From positions 1 to 35,935 of IMG/VR virus record IMGVR_UViG_3300027710_000073: a stretch of DNA of 35,935 nt; one strand, given 5' to 3'. Position numbers and translations under genes: made by a program. The DNA is from a virus. Its lineage: Duplodnaviria; Caudoviricetes. Below the pieces are notes generated by a model. That model searched no databases, was not told where the DNA came from, and was given only the letters and a program-made list of their open reading frames with translations. Below are positions 27,728-35,021 of this stretch, in pieces. Numbering within the stretch: position 1 is the stretch's first letter; each line of letters starts with the position of its first letter.

Positions 27728-29158
27728 TTAACCAGTGATTACGACTCTGTATGCTCCAGCGGTTGGTGCGGCTGCAAATGTTAATGTTACCACGTTAACT
27801 GATGTGTGGTCAACATCTACTTCAACTTCTCCATATGGAGCAGAGTTTGCATATACTGCTACTGTTACATCCCGTGTTCCGAGATTGTGTGTTGCTGTAA
27901 ATGTATATGGTGCAACTTCTGTTGTTGTGATATCAGACTTCCACTTACGCACAATCTCATGATAGTTAGTTCCATCATTTGTAAGTGTCCATTGATCATT
28001 TGTCTCATTCCATAGAACTTCTACGTCAGCAGATGCTCCACGCTCTACTCTAATACCAGCATCTACTGTTGGGGTTCCAGTAAAGTCGGTGTTAAGGTTA
28101 ATCTTGTTATCAACAATATTTACCTGAGTGGTATTTACTGAGTTAATTGTTCCAGTTACGTTTAAGTTACCGCCAACTGTAAGGTTGTTAGTAATTGTTA
28201 CGTCATCTGGCAAACCAATTGTAATTGCTGCTGTTTCTCCACCTGAACCAGCTACTGTAATCTCATTTGCTGTTCCAGCAACTGTTGAGATATAAGCTCC
28301 AGTTGTGTCTGATCCGAGGGCTACGGAGTTTGGCTGGATTGTTGTAGAGATATTGATACTTGCTAGGTTTGTTACTGTCGCTGTACCAGCTACATCTCCA
28401 GAAAGTTGTACATCGAAATCGGAAACATCAAAGTTTAGCTTTGCTGCTGTGTCATCATATGTGACTACAATTCCATTTTCAGTATTTACTGGAGTAATCA
28501 TGTCTCCAACAATGTCTTGTACTCGCTCAGCGTTTAATGTTATATTTCCTGCTGTGGCTGTAAAGTCTGTTGAATCAAAAGAAGCAATACCCTTGTTTGA
28601 TGAGGTTGCGTCTTCTCCTGCTACTGTAATTGTATGAAGAGTTCCATCTGTTACATAAGCGGTGTCAATTCCTTCTCCGCCGACAAATTTTACTGTGTCT
28701 GTTAGAAGATCTAGCTTATATCCACCATGTGCATTATCTGCACCAAGATCTAGCTGTGTTGCAAGAGCTACTGTTCCCGCTGCAGTCAAGCGACCTTGTG
28801 CGTCAACTGTAAATGTTGGAATAGCTGTTGATGACCCATATGAGCCAGGTGTTACCGCTGTGTCATTAAGTCTAAGAGTTGTTGTTCCTGCTGTATCGTT
28901 GTATGTTGATGTTAACGCTGTACCAGCAAGTACGGATGCTCCAATAATATCCTGGACAACTTCTGTTGATCCAGACATTGGCATCCATGGGCCATCTGGT
29001 GCAGACAGTCCATTGTAGTAGTACATCGTTGAGTTTGATGTGTCGTAATAAATTTGTCCAGATACTGGGCTAGATGGTGCTGCACCCAAGTTCTGAATTC
29101 TAGCGTTTAGGAGCTCATTTTTATTGAGATCGACGCTGACTAAAAATTTTCTTGCCAT
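27728..29158 (-). CDS. Tail-fibre/baseplate structural protein
   Basis: 476 aa with fibre motifs SGQIYYDT, VTPGSYGSSTAIPTFTVDAQGRLTAAG, LTVGGNLNVTG, AGIRVERG and THNLGTRDV. Confidence 0.78.
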   Translation of the reverse strand: MARKFLVSVDLNKNELLNARIQNLGAAPSSPVSGQIYYDTSNSTMYYYNGLSAPDGPWMPMSGSTEVVQDIIGASVLAGTALTSTYNDTAGTTTLRLNDTAVTPGSYGSSTAIPTFTVDAQGRLTAAGTVALATQLDLGADNAHGGYKLDLLTDTVKFVGGEGIDTAYVTDGTLHTITVAGEDATSSNKGIASFDSTDFTATAGNITLNAERVQDIVGDMITPVNTENGIVVTYDDTAAKLNFDVSDFDVQLSGDVAGTATVTNLASINISTTIQPNSVALGSDTTGAYISTVAGTANEITVAGSGGETAAITIGLPDDVTITNNLTVGGNLNVTGTINSVNTTQVNIVDNKINLNTDFTGTPTVDAGIRVERGASADVEVLWNETNDQWTLTNDGTNYHEIVRKWKSDITTTEVAPYTFTATHNLGTRDVTVAVYANSAPYGEVEVDVDHTSVNVVTLTFAAAPTAGAYRVVITG

Positions 29159-29170
29159 TTTCTTTCTCCC

Positions 29171-29608
29171 TTATGACAGATATGCTGTCCCTGAAAACGG
29201 TTGTGCCATAGTCAGTGTTATTTGATTAATACTATTATAGTCTATTCCTGTTTCTAATATGTCGCCTGCGCTTGACTTTACTGTCACGTTTGGACCAAAG
29301 CCTAGATTGTGGTTAATGACGACCTGATATACTCCATTTACTGGTCCAGTTACTTGAGATAGCTCCCATGTATGTGTTAGTGATATTTGCTTGTCTAGAA
29401 TAAAGCTTTGCGCTCTATTCCAAGTGTTAGTCTGAGAAGCCTTTGGCCCCCAGAATCTTGTTGTTGTTGTGTCAAAATAAAAATCTCCAGGAACCCCTAG
29501 GTTGTTATTTGGATCTCCCGTGCCACTGATAATTGTACGACCTGGAGCTCCAGATGCTCTTACTACAACGAGTGGGTTATTTTCGGTTACTATTAAACGT
29601 GTTGCCAT
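29171..29608 (-). CDS. Virion structural protein
   Basis: SGTGDP...GVPGDFYFDT..FWGPK, INHNLG..PNVTV and FSGTAYLS. Confidence 0.72.
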   Translation of the reverse strand: MATRLIVTENNPLVVVRASGAPGRTIISGTGDPNNNLGVPGDFYFDTTTTRFWGPKASQTNTWNRAQSFILDKQISLTHTWELSQVTGPVNGVYQVVINHNLGFGPNVTVKSSAGDILETGIDYNSINQITLTMAQPFSGTAYLS

Positions 29609-29952
29609 TATATCGTTACAGACCTACTTAAGGTCATGTACCCTTCTAGTAGTCTTGTCTTATTAACGCTTGGATCAATTAGGACTAGATCGTATGCTGA
29701 TTTTGGATAAAACATTTTGTTTGTTCTGTCTGCAGATATTGAAATTTGAAGCTTGCCTAGAGTTGGATTAATTACAATCCCATCGTTTTCTATTAGAGTA
29801 AAGGCTAATTTCTTTCCGCCTTGTGTATCTCTTACTTGAAGTTTTGCGGTATGGTAATGCAGCTGAATTGGATTTTGATCTTCGTCAAGATACTGAACCT
29901 CAAATGTAAAGGTTGTATTTTGATCTACTTCGAAATTTTTTTGCGCTGCCAC
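29608..29952 (-). CDS. Baseplate/fibre-attachment Ig-like protein (BppU-like)
   Basis: GTG start; DQNTTFTFEVQY...AKLQVR...YDLVL...TRLLEG. First gene of the fibre operon. Confidence 0.65.
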   Translation of the reverse strand: MAAQKNFEVDQNTTFTFEVQYLDEDQNPIQLHYHTAKLQVRDTQGGKKLAFTLIENDGIVINPTLGKLQISISADRTNKMFYPKSAYDLVLIDPSVNKTRLLEGYMTLSRSVTI

Positions 29953-29967
29953 ATTTACCCCTAAATT

Positions 29968-29999
29968 AGAAAAGCCCTTATGGATATTTTACCATAAGG
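29968..29999 (-). terminator. Rho-independent terminator after the holin, with an embedded extended -10 for the fibre operon
   Basis: Minus strand CCTTATGG-TAAAATAT-CCATAAGG followed by GCTTTTCT; TGGTAAAAT at 29994-29986 lies inside it. Confidence 0.6.
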
Positions 30000-30020
30000 A
30001 CCCTCCCAATCGAATAACAA

Positions 30021-30263
30021 TTACTTGCTTGTAAATCCAAATTCTTTGTTGCTTGGGCTTAGGGCCTTTAGAATAACTGGAGCAACTGCTGCTACTCCTG
30101 CTGCCACTAGGTCCTTTGGATTTGTGTTACCAGTCATGTATAGAGCTGTGGCTGCTGCCAAAAATGCTCTTCCGTAAGTTCCAATTGCTGCTAAAATTTG
30201 TTCTTGCACGGTTACTTTCCCATCTTTATTTAAATCAGCTTTATCAAATTTTTTGATAGCCAT
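30021..30263 (-). CDS. Holin-like membrane protein with N-terminal EF-hand loop
   Basis: Two hydrophobic helices (GRAFLAAATALYM, LVAAGVAAVAPVILKAL) with a P..FG tail, resembling actinophage holins. DLNKDGKVTVQE fits the 12-residue EF-hand loop. SD GGAG and -10 TGGTAAAAT (30332-30324) upstream. Confidence 0.65.
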   Translation of the reverse strand: MAIKKFDKADLNKDGKVTVQEQILAAIGTYGRAFLAAATALYMTGNTNPKDLVAAGVAAVAPVILKALSPSNKEFGFTSK

Positions 30264-30334
30264 ATTATCATCTCCATTTTGAGCGGTGTGCCCAGAATTT
30301 TGGGGTAATACCCCAATACTATAATTTTACCACA

Positions 30335-32269
30335 TCAGGCAGAAATGTCTACTAGCTCACAATTTCCGTCTGAACTGCAGGCAAGGGTAGCATTAGTAGA
30401 TGTGCCATCTTCTGTCTCGTAGAAGGATAAATCTTCCCAGCGAATATCTTTTGGCATTTTTGCAACAAGTGCATCGTACTCTGTTTTGTCTACCTCTTGG
30501 TAAGGTGCTTGCTTGTATGAGTGATCTGAATGCGGCAGGAATGAAATTCCAGATACCTCATCAAAATTCTTATATACCCAAGCTCCTACATCCATCCATT
30601 CGTCTTCCTTTACAGAAACTGTAATTGATGGCTTATGCTCACACCATGCACGTTGGTAAACCAACCAAATGTTTAGGTGCTCAATAGCAGTAAGATCATT
30701 TCTAACAATTGCACCCTCTGGTGCCTTTACTGGGAATGAGAATACGTATGTATCGTTTGGCTTCATTACATCATCCTCTACTGGAATCCCCACCTCTTTA
30801 AGAAAAGTAGAAATTGGATCTCCCTTTGAACCACGAACAGTTCTAATATAATATGGAGAATGCCAAGCATGCATTCCTGAAGATACCCCGACCAATTGAG
30901 ATACTGTTCCAGAAGGCTTTACACAAGTAATAGCAGCAGACTCAGGAATCCCAATTTTCCCAGCCTCTTCTTTATTCTTTGCTCTTGCTGCTTCTCTAAG
31001 AGTCATCAAGAATGACTCTAGTGCAACCAAATCTTGTTTGCCTGACATAAACTTATGCCCAAACTGTCCAGTCAAAGAAACTCCTAGTAGGCGTTCCTCT
31101 TCTGTGTTATCTTTCCAAATCTTACGTAGATACTTAAAGTCTGTAAGAGTAGACTGCCAGGTTCCAAGAATGGTTGCTAGTTCTACTTTACGTTCAATAT
31201 CTTTCTTTGTATCGTTTTCACGTAGTACGACTTCTGAAAGGTTACAAAACTGGTAAGGACGTAAAATAATCTCTGAGCACGGGTTAGTTCCGTAGTGTAT
31301 ATCTGGATCTCTTCTTCCATACTTGGCTGCTTGGGCTTGAGCTGCGGCCACATTGTATATACCTCGTTCTCCTGATTTTGAATCATATAGAGATTTCCAT
31401 TCTGCAATAAACTGCTCCATCTCTGGCTTGCGTGAATACGCAACAGAGTTATTAGACAGGGCACGTTGTGGGCTTGCTTCCCACCAGTTACCTGACTTTG
31501 CCTGTGCCATTTCAATATCATTAATATTAGAAAGAGAAATCATTGCTGAGCGACGAACTCCTCCAACAACAACTACTTCACCAATCTTGCACATAATGTC
31601 GTGGCATTCGATTGGCTTTAGATTTCTTCCTGTAGCATTCTTAAACTTTGCGATTGTAAAATCAAATAAGTTAATAAGTGGTTGTGGTCCTGAAGATCTT
31701 CCACCCATTGTCTTAAGTCTTGCTCCTGCTGGTCTTACCTTAGAAACATCAATTGCTGGAATCTGTCCAGACCAAAGTAGTGCTAGTAACTCACGGTATG
31801 CTTTAGCCCAACCCTGTTTTGAGTCTTCTACTGTAATAACCGTAGTTGACTTCTCTAAAGTTTCTGGGACGGCAGGAAGCTTATTGATGTACTTATACTC
31901 AACAGAGAATCCTACACCTGTACCGCACATAAGGATATACATAGTCTCATCAAATGAACGTGGTGAATCAACTGGTAAGAAAGCACAGTTATATCCAGCT
32001 ACATTATCTCTTTCTAATGCTGCTCCTGAAGTCATAACAGAACGCATTGATGGCATAACATTTCGTTCAAAGACGAACTCTTTTAATTCCGCAACAAGCT
32101 TCTCATTTGGAATATAATTATGGTTCTTTTCTAGATGGCCAAGCATGAAGTTAAAATATCTATCTACTGTTTCACCCCAAGTCTCACGACGATTATCTTC
32201 TGATATCCATCTTGCATATCTTGATAACGCAATGAAATTTTCGTATGGGTTTGCAATAGTCTTAGACAT
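30335..32269 (-). CDS. nrdJ: Class II adenosylcobalamin-dependent ribonucleoside-triphosphate reductase (monomeric type)
   Basis: RETW.ETV.R, PSMR, YNCAF, GTGVGFS, GGVRRSAMI, TNPCSEI (radical Cys), TCVKPSGT, EHKPSITV and a C-terminal Cys pair ACSSDGNCE; extended -10 TGGTAGAAT at 32334-32326. Confidence 0.95.
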   Translation of the reverse strand: MSKTIANPYENFIALSRYARWISEDNRRETWGETVDRYFNFMLGHLEKNHNYIPNEKLVAELKEFVFERNVMPSMRSVMTSGAALERDNVAGYNCAFLPVDSPRSFDETMYILMCGTGVGFSVEYKYINKLPAVPETLEKSTTVITVEDSKQGWAKAYRELLALLWSGQIPAIDVSKVRPAGARLKTMGGRSSGPQPLINLFDFTIAKFKNATGRNLKPIECHDIMCKIGEVVVVGGVRRSAMISLSNINDIEMAQAKSGNWWEASPQRALSNNSVAYSRKPEMEQFIAEWKSLYDSKSGERGIYNVAAAQAQAAKYGRRDPDIHYGTNPCSEIILRPYQFCNLSEVVLRENDTKKDIERKVELATILGTWQSTLTDFKYLRKIWKDNTEEERLLGVSLTGQFGHKFMSGKQDLVALESFLMTLREAARAKNKEEAGKIGIPESAAITCVKPSGTVSQLVGVSSGMHAWHSPYYIRTVRGSKGDPISTFLKEVGIPVEDDVMKPNDTYVFSFPVKAPEGAIVRNDLTAIEHLNIWLVYQRAWCEHKPSITVSVKEDEWMDVGAWVYKNFDEVSGISFLPHSDHSYKQAPYQEVDKTEYDALVAKMPKDIRWEDLSFYETEDGTSTNATLACSSDGNCELVDISA

Positions 32270-32440
32270 TTTATAGTACCTTTTTCTCCGCCTAGCGGTT
32301 AATTTAAATTTAGTGTGAAGATCCTATTCTACCAAACAACTATTCATATGGGAAGTGGTAAAAAATATTTATAGCCTTTATTTTAAAATATTATTGGTCA
32401 ACTATACACTTATACTTGATACTTATCCTAGTTGACTGGC

Positions 32441-32470
32441 TTGACAGGCTTATGCAATTAATGTTATGCT
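32441..32470 (+). promoter_or_regulatory. Sigma70 promoter for the plus-strand operon
   Basis: TTGACA-N18-(TGT)TATGCT; SD GAGGAGG precedes ATG 32498. Confidence 0.7.
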
Positions 32471-32497
32471 TAGAGTTCGTTATCTCTAGAGGAGGAA

Positions 32498-33055
32498 ATG
32501 CCAATGGAGAAAATAAAACAACAGGTGAGTGATCTGGCTCACAACTTGGTAACAATAGTAATGATTACATTATTTATGTTTCCAGTACAGCCAGTGAATG
32601 CACTAGAAGTAAAACCTTTAGTGAAAACTGAAGCCCAACTAAAGCAAGAAGTCTTAGATAAGTTCAGTAAAGCAATTTACAAGCCATCTGAGATGCTTAC
32701 AGACGAAGAGCTAGTATTACTACTCAAGACTGTAGGATTCGAAGGAGTAGGCCTTAAGAAAGCTTGGTCCATAGCAAAGCGTGAATCTAACGGAAGACCG
32801 CTTGCATATAACGGGGATAGGAATACTGGAGATCATTCTTATGGAATGTTCCAGATAAACATGATTGGAAGTCTCGGTCCAGACAGACTAGAGAAATTCA
32901 ACCTAAAGAGTAACAAAGAGTTATTCGACCCAGTAACAAACGCAGAGATAACGTACTACATGACCAATGGCGGTCAAGATTGGTCCAGCTGGAAGGGTAT
33001 GACCCCGAAAGCGCAGGAATGGCTATTGCGATTCCCAACAACTAAAGAGAAGTAG
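32498..33055 (+). CDS. Secreted or membrane-anchored lytic transglycosylase (lysozyme-like, SLT family)
   Basis: Hydrophobic signal-like segment LVTIVMITLFMFPVQPVNA, then AWSIAKRESNGRP (catalytic Glu), YGMFQINM, LFDPVTNA and WSSW. Confidence 0.85.
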   Translation: MPMEKIKQQVSDLAHNLVTIVMITLFMFPVQPVNALEVKPLVKTEAQLKQEVLDKFSKAIYKPSEMLTDEELVLLLKTVGFEGVGLKKAWSIAKRESNGRPLAYNGDRNTGDHSYGMFQINMIGSLGPDRLEKFNLKSNKELFDPVTNAEITYYMTNGGQDWSSWKGMTPKAQEWLLRFPTTKEK

Positions 33056-33060
33056 GATAA

Positions 33061-33276
33061 ATGAAGATACAGTATGTATCGAAGTATCTCTCTTTATCAA
33101 AAGAGGGCCTTGTTCCAGAGCTTTTATGCCCAATGGATCAGGGCTCTCTTTATCCTAATCAGGACTTACAAGAGAACATATTTTTATATTGCCTAACCTG
33201 CTCATACAAGAAGACAGTCGGAATTGTCGACTATGAGAATCTTGTAACATTAGTAGATAGGATCATTAATGAATAA
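33061..33276 (+). CDS. Small zinc-finger-like protein
   Basis: CPMD...CLTC; SD AGGA upstream. Confidence 0.7.
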   Translation: MKIQYVSKYLSLSKEGLVPELLCPMDQGSLYPNQDLQENIFLYCLTCSYKKTVGIVDYENLVTLVDRIINE

Positions 33277-33415
33277 AGAGCCCGAAAAAAGTGCGCCGAA
33301 AATAGAAGACACATTCTCAACTTTTGAATTTGAATCAACTGCATTATTAGAAACCGACGCTATGGGGCGTGAGAAGTTTTGGGAAGATATAGGAAGAGAA
33401 AATGACGGAAGATAA
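33269..33415 (+). CDS. Small hypothetical protein (48 aa)
   Basis: Manual ORF MNKEPEKSAPKIEDTF...DAMGREKFWEDIGRENDGR overlapping both neighbours; AGGA upstream. Confidence 0.6.
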   Translation: MNKEPEKSAPKIEDTFSTFEFESTALLETDAMGREKFWEDIGRENDGR

Positions 33416-33608
33416 AAGAGATCCTCAGAACCTAGAAGAAAACCTACCTATGGTGAACTATATAATGCTTCACCGTATATACGACATGCTAACAATCATG
33501 GCAAATAAAGCGGACCCTGAGAAGACAGCTAAAATGATTGAATATCATGAACAAGGATATCTCCTTGGACCTGGACCAAGTTTTACTCCACCAGAAGAAG
33601 TCAACTAG
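33402..33608 (+). CDS. Hypothetical protein
   Basis: 68 aa; SD AGGAAG; last gene of the plus-strand operon. Confidence 0.72.
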   Translation: MTEDKRDPQNLEENLPMVNYIMLHRIYDMLTIMANKADPEKTAKMIEYHEQGYLLGPGPSFTPPEEVN

Positions 33609-33613
33609 AATGC

Positions 33614-33642
33614 TTGACATAGAAAATAACCTGTATTACAAT
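33614..33642 (+). promoter_or_regulatory. Near-consensus sigma70 promoter driving an ncRNA
   Basis: TTGACA(33614-33619)-N17-TACAAT(33637-33642), with no convincing protein-coding ORF before the terminator. Confidence 0.8.
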
Positions 33643-33648
33643 TAAGGT

Positions 33649-33740
33649 GTGTAGGTGATGGCGGCAACGTCTCCCTATATAATGTGTAGTAATACACTAG
33701 AAAGTCCCATTCGGATCCGCCTCTGAATGGGATTTTTTCT
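33649..33740 (+). ncRNA. Putative ~90-nt three-hairpin small RNA
   Basis: Hairpin 1 (33649-33680) with a GCAA loop, hairpin 2 (33684-33697) GUGUA-GUAA-UACAC, and hairpin 3 (33704-33733) with a U-tract; G-U pairs fit the plus strand. Confidence 0.7.
33701..33740 (+). terminator. Rho-independent terminator (possibly bidirectional)
   Basis: GTCCCATTCGGA-TCCGCC-TCTGAATGGGAT followed by TTTTTCT. Confidence 0.8.
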
Positions 33741-33744
33741 TTGA

Positions 33745-34488
33745 CTACTTATATATCTTTTTAGACCAAAACTTTTTTCTATATGTTCGGACAAAAGAGC
33801 TTTTTATTTTTCCTAGAGAATATGGATGAGAATGATCTGTTTTTTCTATGGAAGACTCCCAATTTTCTCTTTTAAAAGGAAGGACCTGAGCAATAGGAGT
33901 TCCCTCTTCAATCATACCCTCAAAATCATTTTTTATAAAAAATGGAATAACCACTGAGTTTGGATGTTTATCTGTATCTATAATAGCGGACAAAGTAATA
34001 AAGGGTAAATCAAACCTATTAAACGGATGAGTGAATAATGAGCTGTATCCTGACGGAGTTTCAGTGATCCACATATTCTGCCATCTGAAGAACTGTGGGA
34101 AGTATCCTTCTGGAGCTGAGAACCCTCCTAACACCCTATTGTCTTGTGAGTCTATAACATTAAAATCAGTACTCCATTTTACAATAGAATTACCAGCTTC
34201 ATCTTTATATACAAGTAGGGTTGCTGGCAACCTTATCATGTAGCCTGCTGTTAAAGTATCTATAAATGGCTGGCAATTTTTAAGAGTCATATGAACATCT
34301 TTTAAACCAGTTGTACTGTCTGCGTCTTTGTGTAATTTAATAAAATCATTATAGGGAATATCTCCATTAATAAATCTTGGAGTCTTTTTGTACCAGTCTG
34401 GAATTAGAGTCGCCGCATTTACTGGAGGCGGCTCAACTTTCTCTGTATATTCAGAGTTTGGGATAAATTTTATTTTATTAAACTTCAT
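33745..34488 (-). CDS. DUF6065-like protein (possibly dUTPase-like beta fold)
   Basis: IPDWYK, KNCQPFIDTLTAGY, W..ETPSGYS.LFTHPFNRFDLPF, IIDTD and IEEGTPIAQVLPFKRENW; recognised from memory as a family common in aquatic phages. Confidence 0.6.
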   Translation of the reverse strand: MKFNKIKFIPNSEYTEKVEPPPVNAATLIPDWYKKTPRFINGDIPYNDFIKLHKDADSTTGLKDVHMTLKNCQPFIDTLTAGYMIRLPATLLVYKDEAGNSIVKWSTDFNVIDSQDNRVLGGFSAPEGYFPQFFRWQNMWITETPSGYSSLFTHPFNRFDLPFITLSAIIDTDKHPNSVVIPFFIKNDFEGMIEEGTPIAQVLPFKRENWESSIEKTDHSHPYSLGKIKSSFVRTYRKKFWSKKIYK

Positions 34489-34494
34489 ATCTTC

Positions 34495-34523
34495 ATAATA
34501 CTATTTCAAGAGGATATAGTCAA
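34495..34523 (-). promoter_or_regulatory. Promoter giving a leaderless mRNA
   Basis: TTGACT-N17-TATTAT-N6-ATG(34488). Confidence 0.65.
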
Positions 34524-34736
34524 TCTATATAATACGGGCAATATGGACATATAGTGCAATAAGTGCGAAAAAAGTGCTTCGGCGAAAGAAGAGCCCATAT
34601 ATCAATCTATGATCATTTTCAGAATATGCCATATAAGCCCTCTACGGGGGTTCTAAAGCCCTAACGGGTCATATTTGGTGGCTACGCCACAAGAGCCCCA
34701 GAAAAGGGCGGGAGATAAAAGATTAGAGATTTTCGT

Positions 34737-34817
34737 TTATAGTGTTATATACACCAATGAGTAATATATACCCAGTATAGCCAGTAATGACCAAGTAAAG
34801 GATTTAGAACTGTTCAT
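34737..34817 (-). CDS. 26-aa hydrophobic peptide
   Basis: Manual ORF MNSSKSFTWSLLAILGIYYSLVYITL, overlapping the end of the upstream gene. Confidence 0.45.
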   Translation of the reverse strand: MNSSKSFTWSLLAILGIYYSLVYITL

Positions 34818-34947
34818 CGTCTATATCTTCATCTAGGTCAAAATCAAAGATATCTATCTGTCCCGCCCAATTTAAAAATTTAGACAAAGCTACACCTGAT
34901 AAGACTGCTGTCGCAGTTAACGCAATTAACGCATAGATCTTTTTCAT
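34804..34947 (-). CDS. 47-aa membrane-anchored peptide with an acidic tail
   Basis: Start reassigned to ATG 34947 (ATGA overlap): MKKIYALIALTATAVLSGVALSKFLNWAGQIDIFDFDLDEDIDDEQF. Confidence 0.65.
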   Translation of the reverse strand: MKKIYALIALTATAVLSGVALSKFLNWAGQIDIFDFDLDEDIDDEQF

Positions 34948-35021
34948 TTGATATCTTTCCAAAATGCTATTAGTAATACTATTACTGGTCCAAATATTAC
35001 TGAAGCCTGTATCCAATTCAT
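34944..35021 (-). CDS. 25-aa single-TM peptide, leaderless
   Basis: MNWIQASVIFGPVIVLLIAFWKDIK; TGGTATAAT (35036-35028)-N6-ATG. Confidence 0.6.
   Translation of the reverse strand: MNWIQASVIFGPVIVLLIAFWKDIK

Noticed and set aside
31353-32117. 254-aa plus-strand ORF, and others such as 624..860, 1043..1402, 10945..11283 and 28305..29018
   Set aside because: These are antisense shadows of well-supported minus-strand genes, with no recognisable motifs; codon bias explains the open frames.
898-32269. Stop-codon reassignment, introns or inteins
   Set aside because: Genes are full length and densely packed under the standard code, TAG and TGA both act as stops, and the RNR and portal have normal lengths.
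32270-32334. Cobalamin riboswitch or NrdR box upstream of nrdJ
   Set aside because: The predicted leader is only about 50 nt, too short for a cobalamin riboswitch. ACACTAAATTTAAATT (32316-32301) matches only the first half of an NrdR box and is single.
33649-33740. tRNA interpretation of the small RNA
   Set aside because: No acceptor stem, T-loop (TTCRA) or CCA end; it is three consecutive hairpins rather than a cloverleaf.
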